A stretch of 64,000 bases of DNA from Methanobacteriota archaeon. GTDB lineage: Archaea; Thermoplasmatota; E2; DHVEG-1. Shown piece by piece: positions 42,635 to 51,637 of the stretch; within the stretch, counting starts at the first letter, position 1, and the number at the start of each line of letters is the position of its first letter. Both the position numbers and the translations under genes were made by a program. Where the stretch lies: contig CAVYNH010000007.1 in the NCBI GenBank assembly GCA_963769885.1, positions 384,001 through 448,000 of the forward strand, given 5' to 3'. The notes under the pieces were generated by a model that saw only the letters and a list, made by a program, of their open reading frames with translations, was not told where the DNA came from and searched no databases.

Positions 42635-45600
42635 ATGCTGTCCCGTGACCGAGAACAACAAATCCGTACCACTATCCACGACATCACCGGGGTCACCCCC
42701 CCGGAACCCCCACAAGAACCAGGCTCACGGGAACCGGATCACCGCTCCTACACGGTGACCCGCATCCTCCTTTTTTCATCCTCCTACGACTACTTCCTCC
42801 TCACCGAAGAAAACAGACTCGACAGCCTCCTCGCCGAAACACCCCCCTACCGCTACTACCACGACCAACCCCCCAAGATCGCCCACGTTGAAACCACCAC
42901 CGACCTCATTGAACACCTCAAAAAACGCCGCTGCGACCTCCTCATCCTCTTCAACCCAGCCAAAGACCTCGACGCCCTCACCCTCACCCAAACCATCCAC
43001 ACCATCTCCAACGAAACCAAGATCATGGTCCTCGCCAACAACACCGCTGACCTCGCCGCCCTCCAACACCGCGACCACGCCCACACCATCGATGGCCTCT
43101 TCACCTGGAACGGCGATGGCAAAATCATCCTCACCATGATCGCCTACCTCGAGGACAAACACAACGCCACCACTCTCACCCCGACCGAGGACTACGACGC
43201 CCTCCTCCTCGTCGAAGACTCCATCCAAGCCTACTCCGAATACCTCACCGAAGCCTACGACGAAATCCGCAGACACCACCACGCCATCACCCCCGACGAC
43301 GCCACGAACGACGAAAACCTCGACACCTGGCGCAAACGACCCCTCGTCCTCCACGCCACCACCCTCGCCGACGCCCAGACCCTCATCACCCGGCACCAAG
43401 CTCACCTCATCGGCGTCATCACCGACAACCACCTCCCCGGCTCCCCCCCACACCACGACGACGGCATCCTCCTCGCCACCCAACTCCGGACCACCGCCCC
43501 CGGCATCCCCATCCTCCTGCAGTCCTCAGACCCCATCAAAACCAAGATCCCACCCAACATCACAACCATCCAAAAACACGACCCACACCTCACCACCACC
43601 CTCCGCCACTTCCTCCAAGACTGCCTCGGCCCCACCAACCTGCCTACTACCAACGACCACAATCCCATCCGCACCATGCGCGAATTCGAAGACGCCGTCG
43701 TCACCCTCCCCCCCGCCGCCCTGCGAAGTATCTCCAAGAATCACCAACTCTCCCGCTGGCTCCGCGCCCGCGGCGACCGCACCCTCGCCGACCGCATCAC
43801 CACCATCGAAAACGAGGACCTCGACGACGACGCCTTCAAACAACGCCTCGTCGACACCATCGAAGAACACCGCTACGCCAGCAACCAAATCCAAATCACC
43901 AAATTCCTGCGAGAAAACCAAGGCCCCGCCAGACAGATCAGCCGTATCGGAGACGGCGCCCTCGGCGGCAAAGCACGCGGCCTCGCCTTCCTCTCCAAAC
44001 TCCTCACCACCTACCTCACCGACGAGATGACCCCGGGCATCCACATCACCCTGCCCCGCAGCATCGTCCTCACCACAGACATCTTCGACGCCTTCATCAC
44101 CCAAAACCACCTCCTCACCCCCGAGCTCTTCACCCTCCCCGACGAACGCATCACCGCCCGCTTCATGGACGCCAGCCTCCCTCCTACCATCCTCGGCGAC
44201 CTCAGAGCTTTCATCCGCGGCAGCCGCAAACCCCTCATCATCCGCAGCAGCGGCATGCTCGAAGACAGCCTCATGCAGCCCTTCGCCGGCATCTACGCCT
44301 CCATCCTCCTCCCCAACGAATCCTGGGAAACCGACTTCCGCTTCCAAGACGTCTGCAACGCCGTTAAATACGTCTACAGCTCAACCTACAGCCAACGCGC
44401 CCGCACCTACATCCGCAACACCCCCAAAAACATCCGCGACGAAAAAATGGCAGTCCTCATCCAAGAAGTCGTCGGCGAACGCCACGGCCCCTACTTCTAC
44501 CCCGCCCTCTCCGGCGTCGCCAAATCCTACAACTACTACCCCACAGGCGGCTGCACCCACGAAGACGGCATCGTCTACCTCGCCGTCGGCCTCGGCAAAG
44601 CCATCGTCGACGGCGGCAGCAGCTTCTGCTTCTGCCCCCAACACCCCCGCGTCCCCCTCTTCGGCACCCCCAAAGACTTCATCAAATACAGCCAGACCCA
44701 CTTCTACGCCCTCACCCTCCAATCCATCTACCGCATCGTCGAAAAAAACGAAGACACCACCCTCAAAAGCCTCGACATCACCATCGCCCGCGACGAAGGC
44801 CTCCTCAACCAGTTCGCCTCCACCTACCTCCCCCGCGACGACACCCTCTACCCCGGCCTCTCCCCCGACGGCATCATGGTCCTCGACTTCGGCCCCATCC
44901 TCTCCTACGACGCTCTCCCCCTCGCCAACGCCCTCCGACTCCTCCTGCGCATCAGCGAACTCGCCCTCGGCTACCCCGTCGAAATCGAATTCGCCCTCAA
45001 CCTCCCCACCACCTCAGACGCCCCTGCGGAGCTCGTCATCCTCCAAGTCCGCAACATGCGGCCCAAAGGAAAACAAACAGAAGTCAACCTCCACGACTAT
45101 GATCAAAACCTCGACCTCTGCTTCAGCGCCAACGCCCTCGGCAACGGCATCATCGACGGCCTCACCGACATCGTCTATATCACCCCCGAAGGTTTCGACC
45201 TCGCCAACTCCCAGCGCGCCGTCGGCCAGCTCCGCACCATTAACGCCAAACTCATGGATCAGGCACGGCCCTACATTCTCATCGGCCCAGGCCGCTGGGG
45301 CTCCGCAGACCCTTGGCTCGGCATCCCTGTCCAATGGAGCGACATCGCTGGCGCCCGAGTTATCCTCGAGACCCCCGTCAAAGCCAGGATCATCGAGCCA
45401 TCCCAAGGCTCCCACTTCTTCCACGACATGATGGCAGGCCAGGTCGGCTACCTCATGACCAAAGACGGCCCCGCCAACATCCGCTACAACTGGCTCGACT
45501 CCCTCCCAGTCCTAGAGACCACCCAGGACGTCAGGTACGTCCGGTCACCGGAGCCGCTCATGGTCCTCATCGACGGCAAGACTGGGAAGGCAGCCCTGCG

Positions 45601-45670
45601 CAAACAGACAACCCTTAAAAACCCGCAACACCATGCAGACCCACAGGAGCCAACTGAGGGGACCATCTAG
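42635..45670 (+). CDS. PEP-synthase/PPDK N-terminal (ATP-grasp) protein with N-terminal receiver-like domains
   Basis: GGKARGLAF, IRSSGMLED..FAGIY, KMAVLIQEVVG, VEIEFA, GPGRWGS, SQGSHFF; REC-like LLLVED...VITD. Confidence 0.85.
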   Translation: MLSRDREQQIRTTIHDITGVTPPEPPQEPGSREPDHRSYTVTRILLFSSSYDYFLLTEENRLDSLLAETPPYRYYHDQPPKIAHVETTTDLIEHLKKRRCDLLILFNPAKDLDALTLTQTIHTISNETKIMVLANNTADLAALQHRDHAHTIDGLFTWNGDGKIILTMIAYLEDKHNATTLTPTEDYDALLLVEDSIQAYSEYLTEAYDEIRRHHHAITPDDATNDENLDTWRKRPLVLHATTLADAQTLITRHQAHLIGVITDNHLPGSPPHHDDGILLATQLRTTAPGIPILLQSSDPIKTKIPPNITTIQKHDPHLTTTLRHFLQDCLGPTNLPTTNDHNPIRTMREFEDAVVTLPPAALRSISKNHQLSRWLRARGDRTLADRITTIENEDLDDDAFKQRLVDTIEEHRYASNQIQITKFLRENQGPARQISRIGDGALGGKARGLAFLSKLLTTYLTDEMTPGIHITLPRSIVLTTDIFDAFITQNHLLTPELFTLPDERITARFMDASLPPTILGDLRAFIRGSRKPLIIRSSGMLEDSLMQPFAGIYASILLPNESWETDFRFQDVCNAVKYVYSSTYSQRARTYIRNTPKNIRDEKMAVLIQEVVGERHGPYFYPALSGVAKSYNYYPTGGCTHEDGIVYLAVGLGKAIVDGGSSFCFCPQHPRVPLFGTPKDFIKYSQTHFYALTLQSIYRIVEKNEDTTLKSLDITIARDEGLLNQFASTYLPRDDTLYPGLSPDGIMVLDFGPILSYDALPLANALRLLLRISELALGYPVEIEFALNLPTTSDAPAELVILQVRNMRPKGKQTEVNLHDYDQNLDLCFSANALGNGIIDGLTDIVYITPEGFDLANSQRAVGQLRTINAKLMDQARPYILIGPGRWGSADPWLGIPVQWSDIAGARVILETPVKARIIEPSQGSHFFHDMMAGQVGYLMTKDGPANIRYNWLDSLPVLETTQDVRYVRSPEPLMVLIDGKTGKAALRKQTTLKNPQHHADPQEPTEGTI

Positions 45671-45676
45671 GAGGCC

Positions 45677-48600
45677 ATGGCTATCGCAGAAAAAACCGAG
45701 TTCCAAAAAGCGACCCAACACGAACCCAGCATGTCCTCGTACCACACCATCAACGAGCTGAAAGAACGCGTCAAAGAACTCAACTGCCTTTACGGCCTCA
45801 CCAAGATCGTCAAGAACACTAAATACACCGTGGACGAGGCCATCCAGAACATCATCGCCCTCATCCCGCCCGCCTGGCAGTACCCAGATATCACTTGCGC
45901 CCGCATCTCCTTCGAAGGCGGCAAAGAATACGTCACCAAGAACTTCCGAGAATCCAAATGGAGCCAAATCAGCAACATCATCGCCGACGAGAAAAAAATC
46001 GGCGTCCTCGAAGTCTACTACACCGAGGAACGCCCCATGCAACATGAAGGCCCCTTCCTCAAAGAAGAACGCCGCCTTATCGACGCCATCGCCACCCTCA
46101 TCGGCCAATTCTTCGAAGAACGCCGCGTCAAAGAAGAACTCAGGAAAAAGAAGATCGCCCCCTACGTCAAACCCGTCTCCACCAAAAAAGCGGGCGAGAC
46201 CCCCACCCAGAAGAAACAAGACTGGGAAGTCATCATCGACCTCCTCATCAAGACCGACCCCCGGACCCTCCTGCGGATCACCCGCAAGATGACCTACTAC
46301 CTCTACCGCCACAACAACGAGAAGATCACGGACCTGCAGAACCAGATCACCCCTATCGACAGCACATCCACGGCCCGCGGCATCAACATGCCCAACCCCC
46401 GCACCGACCTGCAAAGCCTCGTCACCTTCCAAAAACACGTCTTTGACATCGCCAAGGAAAGCATCCCCTCCCAGGTCATCTCCGAACTCTTCCAGGACTG
46501 GCTGCGCTCAGACAAGGCTCGACCGCTCCTCCTCACCTCCCAGAAGACCGGTGTCCCCCTCAGCGAGATCCGCGAAGAACTCACCCGCTTCATGGAAAAA
46601 ACCGACATTGAAACCTCCCTCTCCGAAGAAGACACCATCGGCATCAAGACCGCGATGATCCGACGGTTCGTCACCGACCGACTCGAATACGTCAACGTCG
46701 CCAAGTCCTACTTCGAACTCGAAGACTTCGTCCAACTCCTCTCCTGCATCATCGGCCCCGCCCAAGGCGCCGGCAAACTCGGCGGCAAAACCGGGGGCGT
46801 CATCCTCGCAGAAAAAATCCTGCGCACCGAAATGAAAAACGACGCCCTCCTCAAAGACATCGACTTCCCCCGCAGCTGGTACATCACTTCAGACACCGTC
46901 GCTGCCTTCGTCCATCACAACGACCTCGACGACGTCTTCCACATCAAATACCTCGACCCCGGCGAGATCCGCCAAGAACAACCCTTCCTCGAACAAATCT
47001 TCAAAAACGCCTTCTTCCCTTACGAAATCGTCGAAGGACTCCGCGGCATCATCACCGCGGTCAAAGACAAGCCCATCATCGTCCGATCCTCAAGCCTCCT
47101 CGAAGACAGCTACGGCGCCGCCTTCTCCGGGAAATACAAAAGCCTCTTCGTCCCCAACCTCGGCTCCGAAGAAGAACGCCTCAAAGCCCTCATGGACGCC
47201 ATCGCCGAAGTCTACGCCTCTACCTTCGGCCCTGACCCCATCGAATACCGCCGCGAACGCGGCCTCCTCGACTTCAACGAAGAAATGGGCATCCTCGTCC
47301 AAGAGGTCGTCGGCACCCGCATCGGACCCTACTACATGCCCTCTTACGCCGGCGTCGCCTTCAGCCGCAACGAATTCCGCTGGTCGCCCCGCATCCGCCG
47401 CGAAGACGGCATGATCCGCCTCGTCCCAGGCCTCGGCACCCGCGCCGTCGATCGCGTCGGCAATGACTACCCCATCCTCATCTCGCCGTTCCGCCCAGAG
47501 CTCCAAGTCAACACCCTCATCGAAGAACGCATCAAATACTCACCACGCTACATGGACGTCATCAACATGCAGACGGGGCTCATCGAAACCGTCGAAATCG
47601 AAGACCTCCTCAGGAACTACGGCGACCAAATCCCCCTCTTCGACAACATCGTCTCCGTCCACGAACAAGGACGTCTCATCGCCCCCAACGTCATATGCGA
47701 CCTCGCCACAGCAGACCTCGTCGTCACCTTCCAAAATCTTTTCGATAAGAGCGACTTCCTCCCGAAAATGAAACGGATCCTCTCCATCCTTGAAGAGAAG
47801 ATTGGCTCACCGGTCGACATCGAATTCGCCTGCGACGGCCACAGGTTCTACTTCCTCCAATGCCGACCTCAAAGTCAATCCCGCGGCATGGAACGCGTCC
47901 CCGTCCCCAAGGACATCCCCCGAGAACAGAAGCTCTTCACCGCCCGCCGCTTCATCACCACCGGCCAGATTGAAAACATCGAGTACATCGTGTACGTCAA
48001 CCCTGAAGCGTACGGTGCCCTTGAAAGCCGAGAAAAAATGCTGCGAATCGCCCGTATCGTCGGCGACTTAAACAACAAGCTGCCGCGGCGGAAATTCATT
48101 CTCATGGGCCCAGGCCGCTGGGGCAGCCGTGGAGACATTAAGCTTGGTGTCCCCGTCCGCTATGCGGACATTAACAACACCTCGCTCCTGGTTGAGATCG
48201 CAAAGGAAAAAGGCGATTATACTCCCGAGCTTTCGTTCGGCACCCACTTCTTCCAGGACCTCGTCGAAGCCAACATCCGCTACCTCCCGTTATACCCCGA
48301 TCAGCCGGATATCATCTTCAACGAAGACATCCTCATGGCTGCCGAGAATCACATGGCTGAGATTATCAATAGCGGCGCTCAGAATGAGACGACGATTCGT
48401 CTGATCAAGGTCTCTGATATTGTCCCTGGTGGCTCGCTGCGCGTCATTATGGACGGTGATGCGGGTGAAGCCCTCGGGTATTTCAAACCCCCTGACCATT
48501 GGGACTGGCGGGTCCAGAAAGTGAAGCAGATTGCAAAATCCCTTGACCCGGAGCTGTACGGCATCCATGCAATGTACGTCATTGGCAGTACCAAGGACGG

Positions 48601-48868
48601 CGGCGCGGGGCCGGCAAGCGACATTGATTTGCTTGTGCATTTCCGAGGCACTGAGGAGCAGAAGGAAAAACTCCTGGAGTGGTTCGCTTCCTGGGGCAAG
48701 AAGTTTGACGATGAAAACAAGGAGCGTACCGGAATCAGGACCGGGGGGCTGCTTGATGTCCATATCATCACCGACGAGGATATTAAGAACAAGACGTCCT
48801 GGGCAACGCATCTGACGTCCCCATACTTGACTGCGTTGAAAGTGCCGTTGGAGAAAGAGCAACTCTAG
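45677..48868 (+). CDS. PEP-synthase/PPDK N-terminal (ATP-grasp) protein with GAF-like N-terminus and C-terminal nucleotidyltransferase domain
   Basis: GGAGG SD; LKERVKELNCLY..YPDITCARI; LGGKTGG, VRSSSLLED..FSGKY, VDIEFA..LQCRP, GPGRWGS, SFGTHFF; YVIGS..SDIDLLV. Confidence 0.87.
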   Translation: MAIAEKTEFQKATQHEPSMSSYHTINELKERVKELNCLYGLTKIVKNTKYTVDEAIQNIIALIPPAWQYPDITCARISFEGGKEYVTKNFRESKWSQISNIIADEKKIGVLEVYYTEERPMQHEGPFLKEERRLIDAIATLIGQFFEERRVKEELRKKKIAPYVKPVSTKKAGETPTQKKQDWEVIIDLLIKTDPRTLLRITRKMTYYLYRHNNEKITDLQNQITPIDSTSTARGINMPNPRTDLQSLVTFQKHVFDIAKESIPSQVISELFQDWLRSDKARPLLLTSQKTGVPLSEIREELTRFMEKTDIETSLSEEDTIGIKTAMIRRFVTDRLEYVNVAKSYFELEDFVQLLSCIIGPAQGAGKLGGKTGGVILAEKILRTEMKNDALLKDIDFPRSWYITSDTVAAFVHHNDLDDVFHIKYLDPGEIRQEQPFLEQIFKNAFFPYEIVEGLRGIITAVKDKPIIVRSSSLLEDSYGAAFSGKYKSLFVPNLGSEEERLKALMDAIAEVYASTFGPDPIEYRRERGLLDFNEEMGILVQEVVGTRIGPYYMPSYAGVAFSRNEFRWSPRIRREDGMIRLVPGLGTRAVDRVGNDYPILISPFRPELQVNTLIEERIKYSPRYMDVINMQTGLIETVEIEDLLRNYGDQIPLFDNIVSVHEQGRLIAPNVICDLATADLVVTFQNLFDKSDFLPKMKRILSILEEKIGSPVDIEFACDGHRFYFLQCRPQSQSRGMERVPVPKDIPREQKLFTARRFITTGQIENIEYIVYVNPEAYGALESREKMLRIARIVGDLNNKLPRRKFILMGPGRWGSRGDIKLGVPVRYADINNTSLLVEIAKEKGDYTPELSFGTHFFQDLVEANIRYLPLYPDQPDIIFNEDILMAAENHMAEIINSGAQNETTIRLIKVSDIVPGGSLRVIMDGDAGEALGYFKPPDHWDWRVQKVKQIAKSLDPELYGIHAMYVIGSTKDGGAGPASDIDLLVHFRGTEEQKEKLLEWFASWGKKFDDENKERTGIRTGGLLDVHIITDEDIKNKTSWATHLTSPYLTALKVPLEKEQL

Positions 48869-49698
48869 CCGATCAGCTGACGAGACGCCTGAGTGAGGCA
48901 CGCTGGGTCGAAGGTGATGAGAGACAGCTTCGGTTTGTCGGTTGATCCGTTGAAGCAGACGGTGTTCCCTATCCTGATTCTCCAGTGTTTGGTGAGTCGA
49001 GTCGCCTCATGCACATGGCCATGCATCGTGAGGAGCGGCTGATGGCGTTCGATGAACCGCCTGACTGCGATGCTGCCGACGTGGACATCCAGGGGCGCGA
49101 AATCAACTTTCTTTCCATCTAAGGCGGCCCGGTCAAGCGCCGTCTGGTAGGGCGGTGAATGGAAGAGAACTATGGTTTTTTTCATGGGAAGGTTTTCCGC
49201 GAGTTTTTCGAGATCCTCTGTGATGTACCCATGGAGGATGTGGTCCACAGAAAAGGGGACGGTATGTGTGCCTTCGATGGGGGGGATGGTTCCGACGTCG
49301 TCGTGGGAGGATACGTCGTAGCGTTCCCAGTCTTTCAGGAGGAAGGGAGTCGGTGGCACATAGGCGTACCCGGCGACTGTGTAGGGGGGGAGTTGCGTGG
49401 ACCGTTCATGGAGGTAGGTGAGGATGCCGTCGTGGTCTGCTGCTTGAAAGGCGGCTTCATGAATTCGGGGGTTGTCGTTTCCAAGGATGAGGAAGAATCG
49501 GGTGCGTTTTGCGTGGGCGCGGATGGGTGTGAGCAGGTAGGTGGTGATGAAGTCGTGAATCGGGAGTTGGCTGTGGTGGGTGGGAAGGAGGTCGCCTCCG
49601 ATGAAGACGGCGTCGGGGTGGTCGGTCTCAATGGCGTGGAAGAGGGCCGCGTATCGGGTGATGCTGCCGTGAAGATCTGAGGTGAAGAAGCAGTGCAC
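48865..49698 (-). CDS. Calcineurin-like metallophosphoesterase (Icc-related)
   Basis: SDLHG, GGDL, LGNDN, FHSPP, HGHVHE; GTG start with GAGG SD; stop overlaps the convergent gene. Confidence 0.88.
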   Translation of the reverse strand: MHCFFTSDLHGSITRYAALFHAIETDHPDAVFIGGDLLPTHHSQLPIHDFITTYLLTPIRAHAKRTRFFLILGNDNPRIHEAAFQAADHDGILTYLHERSTQLPPYTVAGYAYVPPTPFLLKDWERYDVSSHDDVGTIPPIEGTHTVPFSVDHILHGYITEDLEKLAENLPMKKTIVLFHSPPYQTALDRAALDGKKVDFAPLDVHVGSIAVRRFIERHQPLLTMHGHVHEATRLTKHWRIRIGNTVCFNGSTDKPKLSLITFDPACLTQASRQLIG

Positions 49699-50031
49699 AG
49701 CGGAAACCTCTGGGGATAGTGGTATCAACCCTGGGCTGTTAATAAAGATTTGGCAGAGGTGAGGCTGCGTTTTTTTGTGTGTACTGGTTCTTGATAGGGT
49801 GTGGGATGGATTTGCATATTTTTTTATTGCGAGATGGGGGTTAGTTCTACTAGTTGAGGCTCGTTTTTGCTTTTGTGGTTGGGGAATGAGATTTATAAAG
49901 CACGAGGCGTTATCACGCTTGTGGGGGCTTAGCGCGTGGAAACCCGGATACAGCGTGCCGAACACGTACCGAGGAGGATAGTGAGGTTCGTTGCCGGGAT
50001 GGACAGAGTCGCCTTTGCTTCCTAGGAAGGG

Positions 50032-50598
50032 ATTGTTCTGCTCTACTTCCTTCATGGCTACAACTCTTCCCCGAGCGGGGAGAAAGCGCTTCTTTTTCAA
50101 AAAACCTTGCAGGCTATCCCGCTTGCCTACCGGAATGGTCCGCCGGAGGATCTTAATGTGGGTGATGCGCTTCGGCGTGTGGCGGATGCCATTCGTGACG
50201 ATAAGAAGGTCGGCTTGATTGGGTTGTCGCTTGGTGGGTACCTCGCGGCGACGACGGCGCTGGATAACGTGCGGGTGACGCACGTCGCGTTGCTTAACCC
50301 GTCGATCATCCCCCCGGGGACAGATTTGTCTGGGGAGACGACGATGCCGCAGCGTATCTTGCGTGCGATGATTAACCCGAACCTGTTTTCAAGGGTTCTG
50401 CCTGCGCGGCTCATCATCTTGCGGGGGACGCAGGATACGGTGGTGCCTGATGCGTGGGTGCAGCCGTTTGCGCGGGCGCAGCATGCGAAGATTTTTTGTT
50501 TCAATGATGATCATCGGTTCACGCATTCCATGCATAAGTTCCCGGAGATCCTTGCGCATTTTTTTGCGGAAACGCCTCGGGTGACTGACCAGCAGTAA
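50032..50598 (+). CDS. YqiA/UPF0227-like alpha/beta hydrolase (non-ATG start)
   Basis: In-frame LLYFLHGYNSSP upstream of the track start, GLSLGG nucleophile, LLNP, DTVV, DDHRF. Confidence 0.8.
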   Translation: MVLLYFLHGYNSSPSGEKALLFQKTLQAIPLAYRNGPPEDLNVGDALRRVADAIRDDKKVGLIGLSLGGYLAATTALDNVRVTHVALLNPSIIPPGTDLSGETTMPQRILRAMINPNLFSRVLPARLIILRGTQDTVVPDAWVQPFARAQHAKIFCFNDDHRFTHSMHKFPEILAHFFAETPRVTDQQ

Positions 50599-50806
50599 TC
50601 AGCGGCGGGTGTTGGAGTCGCGAGAGTTTTTTTAAGATTACCACACCGAATCTTCGTATTGATTCTTCTCTACTCGTATTTTATGGTTGAGAGCAACGAA
50701 TACGTTTCCTTAAAGAAAAATAGTTTCCTTAGAGATGATTCGCCCAAAAGCTTTAAAGAGGGCAAAAATTACCCTTGTTCAGCATCCTCACGGGGCAGGA
50801 ATGGTC

Positions 50807-51637
50807 ATGTTTGAGATTCTTGAGAAGAAGATCCTCTCGCCGAATGAGAAGTTGATGAAGATCCGGGCGCCGCTCATCGCCCGGAAGGCGCAGGCCGGCC
50901 AGTTCGTCATTCTCCGCATCAACGAGCAGGGAGAACGGATCCCGCTGACCATCGCAGACTACGATAGAGACGACGGCACCATCACCATCATCTTCCTCGA
51001 AGTCGGCAAATCCACGAAACAGCTAGGAAGGCTTGAAGTGGGAGACTCGCTCTTGAACCTCGCCGGGCCCCTCGGCATGCCCTCCGACATCAAAAACTAC
51101 GGCACCGTCGTCCTCATCGGCGGCGGCGTCGGCATCGCCCCCCTCTATCCCATCGTCCGCGCGATGAAAGCCGCCGGCAACCACGTCATCTCCATCCTCG
51201 GCGCACGATCAAAGGACCTCATCATCCTCGAAGAAGAGATCTCCGAATATAGCGACGAGTTCTACATCACCACCGACGATGGATCCAAAGGGTCAAAAGG
51301 CTTCGTCAGCGACCTCCTCGACAAAATCATCCAACAGAAGGAAAAGAAGATCGATCTGGTCATGGCCATCGGCCCCGTCATCATGATGAAGGTCGTCTCC
51401 GACCTCACCAAGAAATACAACATCCGGACCCTGGTCAGTCTGAACCCGATCATGGTAGACGGCACTGGGATGTGCGGCGGCTGCCGCGTCTCGGTCGGCG
51501 GCAAGACGAAGTTCGCCTGTGTCGACGGCCCCGAATTCGACGGCCACCTCGTCGACTACCAGAACCTCATGCTTAGAAACCAACGATTCATCGGTCATGA
51601 GAAAGACGCCTGCAAGCTCCTGGAGGAGACGAAATGA
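50807..51637 (+). CDS. nfnA: NfnA/SudB FAD-[2Fe-2S] subunit of electron-bifurcating transhydrogenase
   Basis: GERIPLTIAD, GGGVGIAP, TDDGS, MVDGTGMCGGCRV..CVDGPEF. Confidence 0.9.
   Translation: MFEILEKKILSPNEKLMKIRAPLIARKAQAGQFVILRINEQGERIPLTIADYDRDDGTITIIFLEVGKSTKQLGRLEVGDSLLNLAGPLGMPSDIKNYGTVVLIGGGVGIAPLYPIVRAMKAAGNHVISILGARSKDLIILEEEISEYSDEFYITTDDGSKGSKGFVSDLLDKIIQQKEKKIDLVMAIGPVIMMKVVSDLTKKYNIRTLVSLNPIMVDGTGMCGGCRVSVGGKTKFACVDGPEFDGHLVDYQNLMLRNQRFIGHEKDACKLLEETK

Noticed and set aside
42635-48868. Ordinary PEP synthase / pyruvate phosphate dikinase
   Set aside because: No C-terminal PEP/pyruvate-binding barrel or canonical TSHAAIVAR motif; regulatory domains are present instead
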